The position numbers and the translations under genes are program-made. A DNA stretch of 32,000 bases from Delftia acidovorans NBRC 14950 (GTDB taxonomy: Bacteria; Pseudomonadota; Gammaproteobacteria; Burkholderiales; Burkholderiaceae_C), in contig NZ_BCZP01000009.1 in assembly GCF_001598795.1 (NCBI RefSeq), forward strand, positions 240,001 to 272,000, written 5' to 3'. Below are positions 1 through 10,444 of the stretch, piece by piece. How positions within the stretch are numbered: position 1 is the stretch's first letter; each line of letters opens with the position of its first letter. The notes beneath the pieces are model-generated. The model saw only the letters and a list, made by a program, of their open reading frames with translations. It made no database searches and was not told the origin of the DNA.

Positions 1-1
1 C

Positions 2-172
2 GTGGCGCACAAGCCCTGGCGTCTGGATGCTGCCGAAGCGTTGATGCCGCAGGGCGCCAGGGCCGTTGCCGACCGCCTGCTGGCGGGCGCCCGGCCCACG
101 CACGACAACGCCTTCAAACTCCCGCTGGCCGAACGCACGCTCGCCGCCGTGCTGGACCAGGCCAGGAGCTAG
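2..172 (+). CDS. FAD-binding medium subunit of a xanthine dehydrogenase-family aldehyde oxidoreductase, 3' end only (PaoB/YagS-like)
   Basis: Frame 2 is open from the window edge to TAG at 170-172. The tail ...[54 protein letters not shown] resembles the C-terminal domain of CO-dehydrogenase-flavoprotein-type subunits. It lies directly upstream of the Mo-subunit gene. Confidence 0.55.
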   Translation: MAHKPWRLDAAEALMPQGARAVADRLLAGARPTHDNAFKLPLAERTLAAVLDQARS

Positions 173-438
173 AGCGTGTTGTGCACTTTTAAGTGCCCGC
201 GAAAGCCGGGAAAGGGGCCCGGAACGAGGCGTAGCACGCGCCGCGGTTGCCACACCGCAAGCGGGCTGCAACGAAGGGCCGGGCCCCTTTCCCGGCTTTC
301 CCGAAGGGTTGGCTCTGTGCGCAGGCGCTCGCGGCGTTGCAGCGCTTGCCAAGGCATGGGCCTTGGCTGCGCACTGCGCCTTGCGATCACCAGCGCGCAG
401 AGCCAACGCGGGTACTTAAAAGTGCACAACACGCTCTA
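170..438. repeat. MITE-like palindromic intergenic element with about 29-bp terminal inverted repeats (non-coding)
   Basis: Left arm 172-200 is gagcgtgttgtgcacttttaagtgcccgc. The reverse complement of right arm 408-436 is gagcgtgttgtgcacttttaagtacccgc (28/29 identical). Both arms are flanked by TA (170-171 and 437-438). The interior holds further dyads, for example gccaaggc/gccttggc at 348-367. Two mirror-image 87-aa ORFs on opposite strands (169-432 and 176-439) are artefacts of the palindrome. A related partial copy lies at 9639-9700. Confidence 0.75.
201..300. repeat. Inner 100-bp palindromic element nested in the left arm of the outer repeat
   Basis: Perfect 22-bp inverted repeat: gaaagccgggaaaggggcccgg (201-222) and ccgggcccctttcccggctttc (279-300). 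The sequence after it (ttggctctgtgcgc, 309-322) mirrors the outer right arm (gcgcagagccaa, 395-406). The outer palindrome therefore appears interrupted by this insert. Confidence 0.6.
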
Positions 439-443
439 AAGCC

Positions 444-2696
444 ATGAAATTCGACACCCCCGCAACGGTCAACCCCATTGACCAGCTCAAGACCATCGGC
501 CAGCCGATGAACCGCATCGACGGCCTGCTCAAGACCACCGGCACGGCGCCGTATGCCTATGAACGGCATGACGTGGTCCAGCACCCGGCCTATGGCTATG
601 TGGTGGGCTCGGCCATCGCCAAGGGCCGCATACGCAGCATCGGGCTGGCGCAGGCAAGCCGCGCGCCCGGCGTGCTCGCCATCGTCACCGCGCAGACCGC
701 TGGGAAGCTGGGCCAGGGCAAGATGAATACCGCGCCGCTGCTGGCAGGCCCCCAGGTGGCCCACTACCACCAGGCCGTGGCCCTGGTGGTGGCGGAGACC
801 TTCGAGCAGGCGCGCGCTGCCGCGCAACTGGTCCGTGTGGACTACGAGCCCGTGGCTGGCGCCTATGACCTGGCCGAGGCCAAGGACTCCGCCGTGCCAC
901 CCGACAGCATCAATGGCGATGCGCCGGATACGGCCATTGGCGATTTCGAGGGCGCCTTCGCTTCGGCCCCCATGAAGGTGGACGCCACATACACCACGCC
1001 AGACCAGTCGCACGCCATGATGGAGCCCCATGCCACGCTGGCCGCATGGAAGGGCGACCAGCTCACGGTATGGACCTCGAACCAGATGATTGCCTGGGGC
1101 CAGGGCGAGCTGGCAAAGACGCTGGGCATTCCCAAGGACAAAGTGCGCCTGGTCTCGCCATTCATTGGCGGCGGTTTTGGCGGCAAGCTGTTCCTGCGGG
1201 CCGACGCACTGCTGGCCGCGCTGGGCGCCCGCGCGGCAGGCCGGCCCGTCAAGGTCGCACTGCAGCGCCCGCTGATGGCCAACAACACCACGCACCGCCC
1301 GGCCACCATCCAGCGTGTGCGCATCGCGGCAGGGCAGGACGGAAAAATCACCGCCATCGGCCACGAAAGCTGGTCGGGCGACCAGCCAGGAGGATCGGCG
1401 GACGGTGCCGTGGACCAGACCCGTCGCATGTATGCCGGCACCCATCGCATGACCGCCACGCGCCTGGCCGTGCTGGACCTGCCCGAGGCCAATGCCATGC
1501 GCGCCCCCGGCGAGGCCACGGGGCACATGGCCCTGGAGGTTGCCATGGACGAGCTGGCGGAAAAGCTCGGCATCGATCCCGTGGAGCTGCGCATCCGCAA
1601 CGACACCCAGGTGGTGCCGGACAGCGGCAAGAAGCCGCAACCCGAGGCGAAGGAGGGCACCCCTGCCCAGGAGCACAAGCCGTTTTCCCGCCGTGAGTTC
1701 GTGCAGTGCCTGCGCACGGGCGCCGAGCGCTTCGGATGGAGCCAGCGCAATCCCCAGCCGGCCCAACGACGCGAAGGGCGCTGGCTGATCGGCCTGGGCA
1801 TGGCCGGCGCCTACCGAGGCGCCCCTGTCATGAAGTCCGCCGCCCGCGTGCGTCTGGACAGGCAGGGCATGCTCACCGTGGAAACCGACATGACCGACAT
1901 CGGCACGGGCAGCTACACCATCATTGCCCAGACGGCGGCCGAGATGCTGGGCCTGCCGCTGCAGCAGGTGCGCGTGCGGCTGGGCGATTCCGGCTTTCCC
2001 GTGTCGGCCGGTTCGGGCGGGCAATGGGGTGCGGCCAGTGCCACCTCCGGCGTCTATGCCGCCTGCGTGAAGCTGCGCGAGGCCGTGGCGCGCAAGCTGG
2101 GCATGGACCCGGCGACGGCCGAATTCTCGGATGGGCATGTGCAGGCGGGCGGCAAGCGCCGGGCCCTGGCCAGCGCTGCCGGCGACGCCGACCTGACGGC
2201 CGAGGATGCCATCGAATTCGGCGTGCTCGACAAGAAGATGCAGCAGTCCACCTTTGGCGCGCACTTCGTGGAGGTGGCCGTGGACGCCTTCACTGCCGAA
2301 GTCCGCGTGCGCCGCATGCTGGCCGTTTGCGCGGCCGGCCGCATCCTCAATCCCAAGACGGCCCGCAGCCAGGTCATCGGCGCCATGACCATGGGCGTGG
2401 GAGCGGCCCTGATGGAAGAGCTGGCCGTGGACACGCGACTGGGCTATTTCGTCAACCATGACCTGGCAGGCTACGAGGTGCCCGTGCATGCCGACATCCC
2501 GCACCAGGAAGTGATCTTTCTGGACGAGGTCGATCCCATGGCCTCGCCCATGAAGGCCAAGGGCGTGGGCGAGCTGGGCATCTGCGGCGTGAGCGCAGCC
2601 ATTGCCAACGCCATCCACAACGCCACCGGCGTGCGGGTGCGCGACTACCCGGTCACGCTGGACAAGCTGCTGGCAGGACTGGGGAGGCTGGCATGA
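444..2696 (+). CDS. Molybdopterin-binding large subunit of a xanthine dehydrogenase-family aldehyde oxidoreductase (PaoC/YagR-like)
   Basis: 750-aa ORF. The N-terminus MKFDTPATVNPIDQLKTIGQPMNRIDGLLKTTGTAPYAYE is typical of YagR-type Mo subunits. Conserved GGGFGGK and AKGVGELG blocks are present. The antisense 743-aa ORF is a high-GC shadow. Confidence 0.9.
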   Translation: MKFDTPATVNPIDQLKTIGQPMNRIDGLLKTTGTAPYAYERHDVVQHPAYGYVVGSAIAKGRIRSIGLAQASRAPGVLAIVTAQTAGKLGQGKMNTAPLLAGPQVAHYHQAVALVVAETFEQARAAAQLVRVDYEPVAGAYDLAEAKDSAVPPDSINGDAPDTAIGDFEGAFASAPMKVDATYTTPDQSHAMMEPHATLAAWKGDQLTVWTSNQMIAWGQGELAKTLGIPKDKVRLVSPFIGGGFGGKLFLRADALLAALGARAAGRPVKVALQRPLMANNTTHRPATIQRVRIAAGQDGKITAIGHESWSGDQPGGSADGAVDQTRRMYAGTHRMTATRLAVLDLPEANAMRAPGEATGHMALEVAMDELAEKLGIDPVELRIRNDTQVVPDSGKKPQPEAKEGTPAQEHKPFSRREFVQCLRTGAERFGWSQRNPQPAQRREGRWLIGLGMAGAYRGAPVMKSAARVRLDRQGMLTVETDMTDIGTGSYTIIAQTAAEMLGLPLQQVRVRLGDSGFPVSAGSGGQWGAASATSGVYAACVKLREAVARKLGMDPATAEFSDGHVQAGGKRRALASAAGDADLTAEDAIEFGVLDKKMQQSTFGAHFVEVAVDAFTAEVRVRRMLAVCAAGRILNPKTARSQVIGAMTMGVGAALMEELAVDTRLGYFVNHDLAGYEVPVHADIPHQEVIFLDEVDPMASPMKAKGVGELGICGVSAAIANAIHNATGVRVRDYPVTLDKLLAGLGRLA

Positions 2697-2748
2697 GGGG
2701 GCACTGCACCTGAGGCAGCCCGCTCAGTCCCTGGATTCTTGATGAACG

Positions 2749-2781
2749 AAGGCCGGTCACCTCTGGGTGGCCGGCCTTTTT
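2749..2781 (+). terminator. Rho-independent terminator after the oxidoreductase operon
   Basis: aaggccggtcacc / tctg loop / ggtggccggcctt gives a 13-bp stem with one G-U pair, followed by ttt. It lies 53 nt after the stop codon. Confidence 0.7.
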
Positions 2782-2987
2782 GCATGTAGCCATCAATAGA
2801 ACGCATAGCTTGCGCGTCCGTCGGCATTGGCCTGGAAAGGCTGGCGTGGAGATACTTTTTGCACTGGGGAATGTCGGCGCTGTGCGCTCCGAATGCAGGC
2901 CGCCCCCAGTTTTCCCACAAAAGAACTTGGCCTGGGCGCAAAGCGCCTGCCAGGGCAAAGAGACAACCTGCTCCGACAAGGACTTGT

Positions 2988-4328
2988 ATGAAAGATATCC
3001 GCAAGACGATGGACGAGGGCGCCATGGCGCCGTTCCAGTGGCTGGCCGTGGCCATCTGCACCTTGCTCATCATGCTGGACGGCTTCGATGTGCTGGTGAT
3101 GGCCTTCACCGCCTCGGCCGTCGCTGCCGAATGGAAGCTCAACGGGGCGCAGCTGGGCGTGCTGTTCAGCGCCGGTCTGATCGGCATGGCCCTGGGCTCG
3201 CTGTTCCTTGCGCCCGTGGCCGACCGCCGTGGCCGGCAACCCATCATCGTGCTGTGCCTGGTGCTGGTGTCCGTGGGCATGCTGCTGTCTGCGGCAGCGC
3301 GCAGCCATGTCGAGCTGGCAGCCCTGCGCGCCATGACGGGCGTGGGCATTGGCGGCATGCTGGCCAGCGTGGGGGTGATCACCTCAGAGTATTCATCGAA
3401 CAAATGGCGCAGCACGGCGATTGCGCTGCAGGCCACGGGCTATCCGATTGGCGCCACGCTGGGCGGACTCATGGCCGCCTGGCTGCTGACACACCATGGT
3501 TGGCGCTCGGTCTTTGTGTTCGGCGGCCTGGCCACGGCGCTGATGGTGCCCATCGTACTGTGGCGCCTGCCAGAGTCGGTGGATTTCCTGATGGGCCGTC
3601 GCCCGGCGCGTGCGCTGGAAAAGCTCAACCGCCTGATGGCACTCATGGGGCAACCCGCCATGCTGCAGTTGCCCGCGCAAGCCGGCGGTGACGTCCAGCA
3701 GGGCAATACCGTGGCCGCATTGTTCAGGAACGGCCTGGCGCGCCCCACGCTCATGCTCTGGGCCGGCTTCTTCCTGCTGATGTTCAGCGTCTACTTTTCC
3801 CTGAGCTGGACGCCCAAGCTGCTGGTGCAGGCCGGCCTGTCGGCACAGCAGGGCGTGACGGGCGGCGTGCTGCTCAACCTGGGCGGCATTGCCGGCGGCA
3901 GCCTGTTCGGCCTGCTGGCGGTGAAGGCCAAGCTGCGGCATCTGGCCATGGGCAGCCTGCTGCTGAATGCCTTGTTCACCGCGCTGTTCGGCCTGGCCTC
4001 GGCCAGCCTGGGCTGGGCGTTCGCCGCAGCGGTGGGCGTGGGCGTGTTCCTGTTCGCCTCCATGGCCGGGCTGTACGGGTTGGTGCCGGCCACCTATCCG
4101 GCCCAGGTGCGCGCCACCGGCATGGGCTGGGCCATAGGCATTGGGCGCATAGGCGCCATCGTGGCGCCCACCATGGCCGGCCTGCTGCTGGACGGCGGTT
4201 GGCAGCCTGCCTCGCTGTACTACGTCTTTGCCTTGCCGCTGATTGCCGCTGCGCTGGCCGTGTGGGCCACGGGCGCCGGCCGCGCCCTGGCGCCGGGGGG
4301 TGGCGCGCTGCGAGCGCCTGGTGCTTGA
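2988..4328 (+). CDS. MFS transporter, aromatic acid:H+ symporter type (PcaK/4-hydroxybenzoate-transporter-like)
   Basis: The frame is open from 2859. ATG at 2988 (MKDIRKTMDEGAMAPFQW...) is preferred because upstream residues look non-protein-like. The sequence has 12-TM-like hydrophobic periodicity and the motifs LDGFDVLVMAF and DRRGRQP. It sits immediately upstream of ligAB. Confidence 0.85.
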   Translation: MKDIRKTMDEGAMAPFQWLAVAICTLLIMLDGFDVLVMAFTASAVAAEWKLNGAQLGVLFSAGLIGMALGSLFLAPVADRRGRQPIIVLCLVLVSVGMLLSAAARSHVELAALRAMTGVGIGGMLASVGVITSEYSSNKWRSTAIALQATGYPIGATLGGLMAAWLLTHHGWRSVFVFGGLATALMVPIVLWRLPESVDFLMGRRPARALEKLNRLMALMGQPAMLQLPAQAGGDVQQGNTVAALFRNGLARPTLMLWAGFFLLMFSVYFSLSWTPKLLVQAGLSAQQGVTGGVLLNLGGIAGGSLFGLLAVKAKLRHLAMGSLLLNALFTALFGLASASLGWAFAAAVGVGVFLFASMAGLYGLVPATYPAQVRATGMGWAIGIGRIGAIVAPTMAGLLLDGGWQPASLYYVFALPLIAAALAVWATGAGRALAPGGGALRAPGA

Positions 4329-4396
4329 TCCTTGAACCCCTATCCGTGAGCACGCGCCCGAGCGCCCAAGCGCTCAAGCGCAGGAGAAACACTTCC

Positions 4397-6392
<1,996 letters not shown>

Positions 6393-6410
6393 GCGAGCGC
6401 TGCGCTCAGG

Positions 6411-7682
6411 CTAGGCCGGCGGATCGCCCACGGCCCGCCGGCAGGCCTGCATGAACAGCTCCAGGTCCTGCGATGCCGTGCTCAGCGCACGCGTGGCCAG
6501 CCCGATGCGCCTGCGTGTGGAAGGCAGGTCCACGGGCACGATGGACAACTGCCCGCCGTGGTCATCCTGCAGGGCCTGTCCGCGCGAGGCCAGGGCCAGC
6601 CGGCCCGTCTGCAGCACAAAGGCCAGCGTCATGGTCGGGCTGCTGGCGCGCAGGCTGGCGCGCGGCGGCTCCAGGCCCTGGCTGCGGAACAGCTGGACCA
6701 TGGCGCGGTCGGCCGGCGTGCCGGGCAGGGGCGACACCCAGGGCCATTGCAGCAAGTCCTCCAGAACCAGCTGGCCGCGGTCCAGGCAGGCATGGCCGGC
6801 CGGTGCCACCACGACCAGGTCATCGTCGAACAGGTGCAGCTGGCGTACCTCATCGGAGGACATGTCGGCGCGCAGGGCGCCGGCGATGGCGTCGATGTCG
6901 GCGCTCAGCAGGTGCTGCACCAGGCTCTCGTAGGTGCCGTCCACGATGCTGACCTCGATGTCCGGGTGGCTGGCGGCCAGGCTGTCGACCGCGCGCGGCA
7001 GGAAGATTCCCACCGACAGCGGCAGCACGCCGACCACCACGCGCCCCCGGATCTCGCCGCGCCAGGCGGAAATATCGCTGTCCATGCCGCGCACCTCGGC
7101 CAGGGCCAGCTTGACACGGCGCAGCAGCGCTTCGCCGGACGGCGTCAGCCGCGTGCCGAAGGCCAGCTTGTAGAACAGCTGCATGCCCAGACTGGTTTCC
7201 AGCCCCTGCAGCGCCGCATGCACGGCGGGCTGCGTCAGGCCCAGCCACTGCGCGGCCAGGGATTCGCTGCCGCAGTCGGCAATGGCCATGAGGGCGCGCA
7301 GCTGGCCCGCAGGCACGGTCTCGGCAAAACGCTCGGGCAGGGGAGGGCGCCTGGCCGCCAGCGTGGCGGCGGCCTGGGCGTCGGCCGCGCCGCTGCCCAG
7401 ATGCTGGAGCATGGCCTCGATGCGGGCGGCCAGCTGGCTGCCCAGCGGGGTCGGCATCATGCCGCGCGCCCCCCGCATGAACAGCGGCAGGCCACAGGCC
7501 TCTTCCAGTTGCAGCACCGAGCGCACCACTGCTGGCTGAGAAAGATGCATAGCCTGGGCGGCCCGCGTGGTGCTGCCATGGCGCACCACGCCCAGCATGG
7601 CGCGCATGGCTCGCAAATGGCCTGCCAACTCGGGAAAACGCGAGGGATTGCTGCTGGCCCAGGGGGCAAGAGAAAGGTTCAT
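6411..7682 (-). CDS. LysR-family transcriptional regulator with duplicated N-terminal HTH domains
   Basis: 423 aa. Two consecutive LysR-type wHTH segments are present: ...GSTTRAAQAMHLSQPAVVRSVLQLEEACGLPLFMR and ...GSESLAAQWLGLTQPAVHAALQGLETSLGMQLFYK. A normal LysR substrate-binding domain follows (RVVVGVLPLSVGIFLPRAVDSLAASHPDIEVSIVDG). Confidence 0.85.
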   Translation of the reverse strand: MNLSLAPWASSNPSRFPELAGHLRAMRAMLGVVRHGSTTRAAQAMHLSQPAVVRSVLQLEEACGLPLFMRGARGMMPTPLGSQLAARIEAMLQHLGSGAADAQAAATLAARRPPLPERFAETVPAGQLRALMAIADCGSESLAAQWLGLTQPAVHAALQGLETSLGMQLFYKLAFGTRLTPSGEALLRRVKLALAEVRGMDSDISAWRGEIRGRVVVGVLPLSVGIFLPRAVDSLAASHPDIEVSIVDGTYESLVQHLLSADIDAIAGALRADMSSDEVRQLHLFDDDLVVVAPAGHACLDRGQLVLEDLLQWPWVSPLPGTPADRAMVQLFRSQGLEPPRASLRASSPTMTLAFVLQTGRLALASRGQALQDDHGGQLSIVPVDLPSTRRRIGLATRALSTASQDLELFMQACRRAVGDPPA

Positions 7683-7851
7683 TGAAAGGCGCTTCGCGGT
7701 ACGTTGGAAGAACGTGTTTTGATTGTCCCATAAGAAAAACGCATTGATGGCCGGGGCTCCGGCATTGGCCGGATCGATGCCAGCGTGGAATGCTTGGGGC
7801 CTGGATCAAGACAGCCCATCGCAGGCTGCGAATTCCGGGGAGACAAGAAAC

Positions 7852-8304
7852 ATGAACCATGAAATCGACCGGCTGCTGGCCCGCCAGGCCTGCCTGGACC
7901 TGGTGCTGCGCGCTGCTGCCTTTGCGGATGCCGGTGATGCCCAGGCCCTGGCGCAGCTGTTTGCCGAAGACGGCCAGCTGCAACGGCCCGGCGGCGAGGT
8001 GCTGGGCGGGCGCACGGCCATCGCCGCCGCGTACTCCCGGCGTCCCGAAGGCCGCATGACCCGGCATCTGGTCACCAACACGCTGGTGGAACTGCAAGGA
8101 CCGGACCGCGCCAGCGCGCGCAGCCAGGTGCTGCTGTGGTCCTGCGACGAGGCCGATGCCATCACGCCGCACGGCCGCCCGGCCCAACCGCGCCAGCTCG
8201 TTGGCGAGTTCGATGACACCTTTGGCCGCAGTCCTGAAGGCCATTGGCTGATCACGCGCCGCGTGGCGCGCTTCGTCATGTACCGGGACCTCCCGGGCGC
8301 CTGA
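7852..8304 (+). CDS. SnoaL-like / NTF2-fold family protein
   Basis: MNHEIDRLLARQACLDLVLRAAAFADAGDAQALAQLFAEDGQL...HLVTNTLVEL...GEFDDTFGRSPEGHWLITRR fits the SnoaL_4/NTF2 pattern. GGGGAG lies upstream of the ATG at 7852. The ORF-track start at 7723 is probably too early. Confidence 0.6.
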   Translation: MNHEIDRLLARQACLDLVLRAAAFADAGDAQALAQLFAEDGQLQRPGGEVLGGRTAIAAAYSRRPEGRMTRHLVTNTLVELQGPDRASARSQVLLWSCDEADAITPHGRPAQPRQLVGEFDDTFGRSPEGHWLITRRVARFVMYRDLPGA

Positions 8305-8420
8305 AGCGCAGGGCGCCCAGCCGCTTTCTCCCATTTCCCCGCGCCCGCCACTCTCGCCTTTCCCAAGGCGCAGCGTTGCGGCGTGCCGATTCCGCAACGA
8401 CAACAACAGGAGACAAAAGC

Positions 8421-9599
8421 ATGAAACGCACTCTCAAGAGCATTCCCCAACCCCCAGCCAAGCGCCCACTGCGGGCTTGTCTGGCCCGCCTCGCCCCACT
8501 CGCCATGCTGGCAGCAGCAGGCGGCGCCCAGGCCCAGACCGCCTCGTCGGTGACGCTGTACGGTCATCTGGACACCGGCATCGAGCACCTGACGAATGTG
8601 CAAGGCGGCGGATCGCTGACGCGCATGCCCGGCCTCACGGGAACGGCACCGTCGCGCTGGGGGCTGCGCGGGAGCGAGGATCTGGGCGGCGGCCTGAGCG
8701 CCGTCTTTGCGCTGGAGTCAGGCTTTGGCCCGGATGCCGGCACCTTCAACCAGGGCGGGCGGGGTTTCGGGCGCCAGGCCTGGGTGGGACTGTCCGGCGG
8801 CTGGGGCAGCGTCTCGCTGGGGCGCAACTACACCATGCTGTACTGGGCGCTGTTCGACGCCGACCTGCTGGGTCCCAACGCCTTCGGTCTGAGCAGCCTG
8901 GACAGCTACATCCCCAACACGCGCACCGACAACTCACTGGCCTACCGGGGGCGCTTCGGCGCCTGGAGCCTGGGTGCGGCCTACAGCCTGGGACGCGATG
9001 CCGTCAACGCCGGCCCCAGCCCGGCCGGCACCAACTGCGCCGGCGAATCGGCCACGGACAGGCAGGCCTGCCGCCAGTGGTCCGCCATGCTGAAGTACGA
9101 CTCCGCGCCCTGGGGCTTTGCGCTGGCCGTGGACGAGATGCGCGGCGGCGCCGGCGCATTTGCAGGGCTGACGCGCTCGGACCTGAAGGACCGCCGCATC
9201 ATGCTCAACGGCTATGCCGCGCTGTCACCCACCATCAAGCTGGGCGCCGGCCTCATGCGCCGCGACAACGACGCGGCCCAGGCGGCCTCGGCCAGCAACG
9301 GCGCCACGCCGCGCAGCACCCTGGCCTGGGGCGGCCTGTCCTGGTCCCCCAGCGCCGCCGTCGTGGTCGATGGCCAGCTGCAGCAACTGCGCTATGCCCA
9401 GGGCGGCGACCGCTCCACCCTGCTGGCCCTGCGCGCCACCTACAAGTTCTCCAAGCGCACGGCGGTCTATGCCCAGGCCGCGCGCATTGACAACGGACAG
9501 CGCCTGGCCATCTCGGTCAGCTCGGCCGCAGCCGGTGGCAGCCCGCTGGCGGGCGCATCGCAGACCGGCCTGATGCTGGGCCTGCGCCACTCGTTCTGA
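8421..9599 (+). CDS. Outer-membrane porin (Gram-negative general porin family)
   Basis: Signal-like N-terminus ending AQAQ, then SSVTLYGHLDTGIEH, SRWGLRGSEDLGGGL, FGRQAWVGLSG and GRNYT. It ends in a C-terminal aromatic residue (...LGLRHSF). The exact start is uncertain because the leader is long. Confidence 0.85.
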   Translation: MKRTLKSIPQPPAKRPLRACLARLAPLAMLAAAGGAQAQTASSVTLYGHLDTGIEHLTNVQGGGSLTRMPGLTGTAPSRWGLRGSEDLGGGLSAVFALESGFGPDAGTFNQGGRGFGRQAWVGLSGGWGSVSLGRNYTMLYWALFDADLLGPNAFGLSSLDSYIPNTRTDNSLAYRGRFGAWSLGAAYSLGRDAVNAGPSPAGTNCAGESATDRQACRQWSAMLKYDSAPWGFALAVDEMRGGAGAFAGLTRSDLKDRRIMLNGYAALSPTIKLGAGLMRRDNDAAQAASASNGATPRSTLAWGGLSWSPSAAVVVDGQLQQLRYAQGGDRSTLLALRATYKFSKRTAVYAQAARIDNGQRLAISVSSAAAGGSPLAGASQTGLMLGLRHSF

Positions 9600-9638
9600 A
9601 ACCGAAGGCCAGGCCGGCCGCATCCAATGCGACGCCTG

Positions 9639-9700
9639 GAGCGTGTGATCAGCAGCGCGAAGAGCCAACGCGGGCACTTGAAAGTGCACACCACGCTCTA
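9639..9700. repeat. Truncated second copy (right arm) of the palindromic element at 170-438
   Basis: gtgatcagcagcgcgaagagccaacgcgggcacttgaaagtgcacaccacgctcta aligns with 382-438 (gcgatcaccagcgcgcagagccaacgcgggtacttaaaagtgcacaacacgctcta) with a few mismatches. Only about 9 nt of the left arm (gagcgtgtg) remain. Confidence 0.65.
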
Positions 9701-10444
9701 GATCTGTACAGCGCGGCCGATGAACTGAATGGGCCCTGTCGGACGTCCGCTTGGGGAGCCGCCTTCTGGCTCCAGGGTGAGCTCGAAAAGCTGATTCGGC
9801 TGCAGAGGCGGCAACTGGTCTACCGGCACTTCGATGGCTTCGCCCGGTTTGACCAGACCCAGGGACACCGGCGCCTTCCAGCCGTCGGCCTTGGTCCAGA
9901 ACTGCAGGGATTTTTCCGCCGGAATGGCATCCTTGCCCAGTGGCACAAGGCGCAGACGGCCTTCAGACTGGGCCTGGACCACCCACCCGGCGGCCTGATT
10001 CTGCGGCGCGGCCAGCACGACGAAATAACGCGGGGCAGCCGGCGGTGATGCCTCTCGCACCACCAGCACAGCCGCGAGCAGTGCTGCAGCTGCAAAGCCG
10101 CCACCCGCCAAGCCGCGCCAAAGGGCGAGGCTATCCCAGTGCCACCAGGCACCACGCTGTGCGCGAACCGCTGGCCGGGCCGGCTTGACGCTGGCCGCGA
10201 TGCGCTGCCACAGCGTTGCCGAGGGCTCGATGGGGGGAGTCAGCCGAACCAGCGGCAAGAGCCGTTGCTCCCACGCCTGCACGGCCGTGCGCAACGCAGG
10301 CTCGTAGGGCAGACGGGATTCGATGGAGCGGCGCTGGGCTGCATTGAGGGTGCCCAATACGTACTCGCCGGCCTGCATCTGGAGATCGTCCGGGGAGCCG
10401 TCATCCGTCGACTCTGAGGGATTGGGGTGGGTGTCGCCGCTCAT
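9698..10444 (-). CDS. Anti-sigma factor, RskA (anti-sigma-K)-like, single-pass membrane protein
   Basis: Start MSGDTHPN forms an ATGA overlap (10441-10444) with the sigma gene stop. It has the N-terminal anti-sigma segment AGEYVLGTLNAAQRRSIESRL, one TM helix (LAGGGFAAAALLAAVLVV), and a C-terminal domain with LQFW and FELTLEPEGGSP typical of RskA C-terminal domains. Confidence 0.8.
   Translation of the reverse strand: MSGDTHPNPSESTDDGSPDDLQMQAGEYVLGTLNAAQRRSIESRLPYEPALRTAVQAWEQRLLPLVRLTPPIEPSATLWQRIAASVKPARPAVRAQRGAWWHWDSLALWRGLAGGGFAAAALLAAVLVVREASPPAAPRYFVVLAAPQNQAAGWVVQAQSEGRLRLVPLGKDAIPAEKSLQFWTKADGWKAPVSLGLVKPGEAIEVPVDQLPPLQPNQLFELTLEPEGGSPSGRPTGPIQFIGRAVQI

Noticed and set aside
169-439. 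Two mirror-image 87-aa ORFs (MLCTFK...YLKVHNTL) on opposite strands, plus a related 75-aa ORF at 9467-9694.
   Set aside because: They exist only because the DNA is a palindromic repeat. The same peptide termini arise on both strands, and the composition is Arg/Pro/Cys-rich. They were treated as non-coding repeat sequence.
387-2618. 743-aa antisense ORF opposite the Mo-subunit gene. Similar long antisense ORFs lie at 4765-6099(-), 6558-7685(+), 6850-8406(-), 17844-20189(+), 20105-22381(+), 22311-24236(-) and 25178-27313(-).
   Set aside because: These are typical high-GC shadow ORFs. Their translations are dominated by Ala/Gly/Arg/His/Gln runs with no recognisable motifs. The opposite strand in each case encodes a protein with clear family signatures or a protein-like composition.
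8244-8420. Upstream extension of the porin ORF (MADHAPRGALRHVPG...) and, similarly, the 2859 start of the MFS transporter ORF.
   Set aside because: The extensions are Arg/Pro-rich and overlap the preceding gene or intergenic terminator region. Internal ATGs (8421 and 2988) give canonical N-termini.
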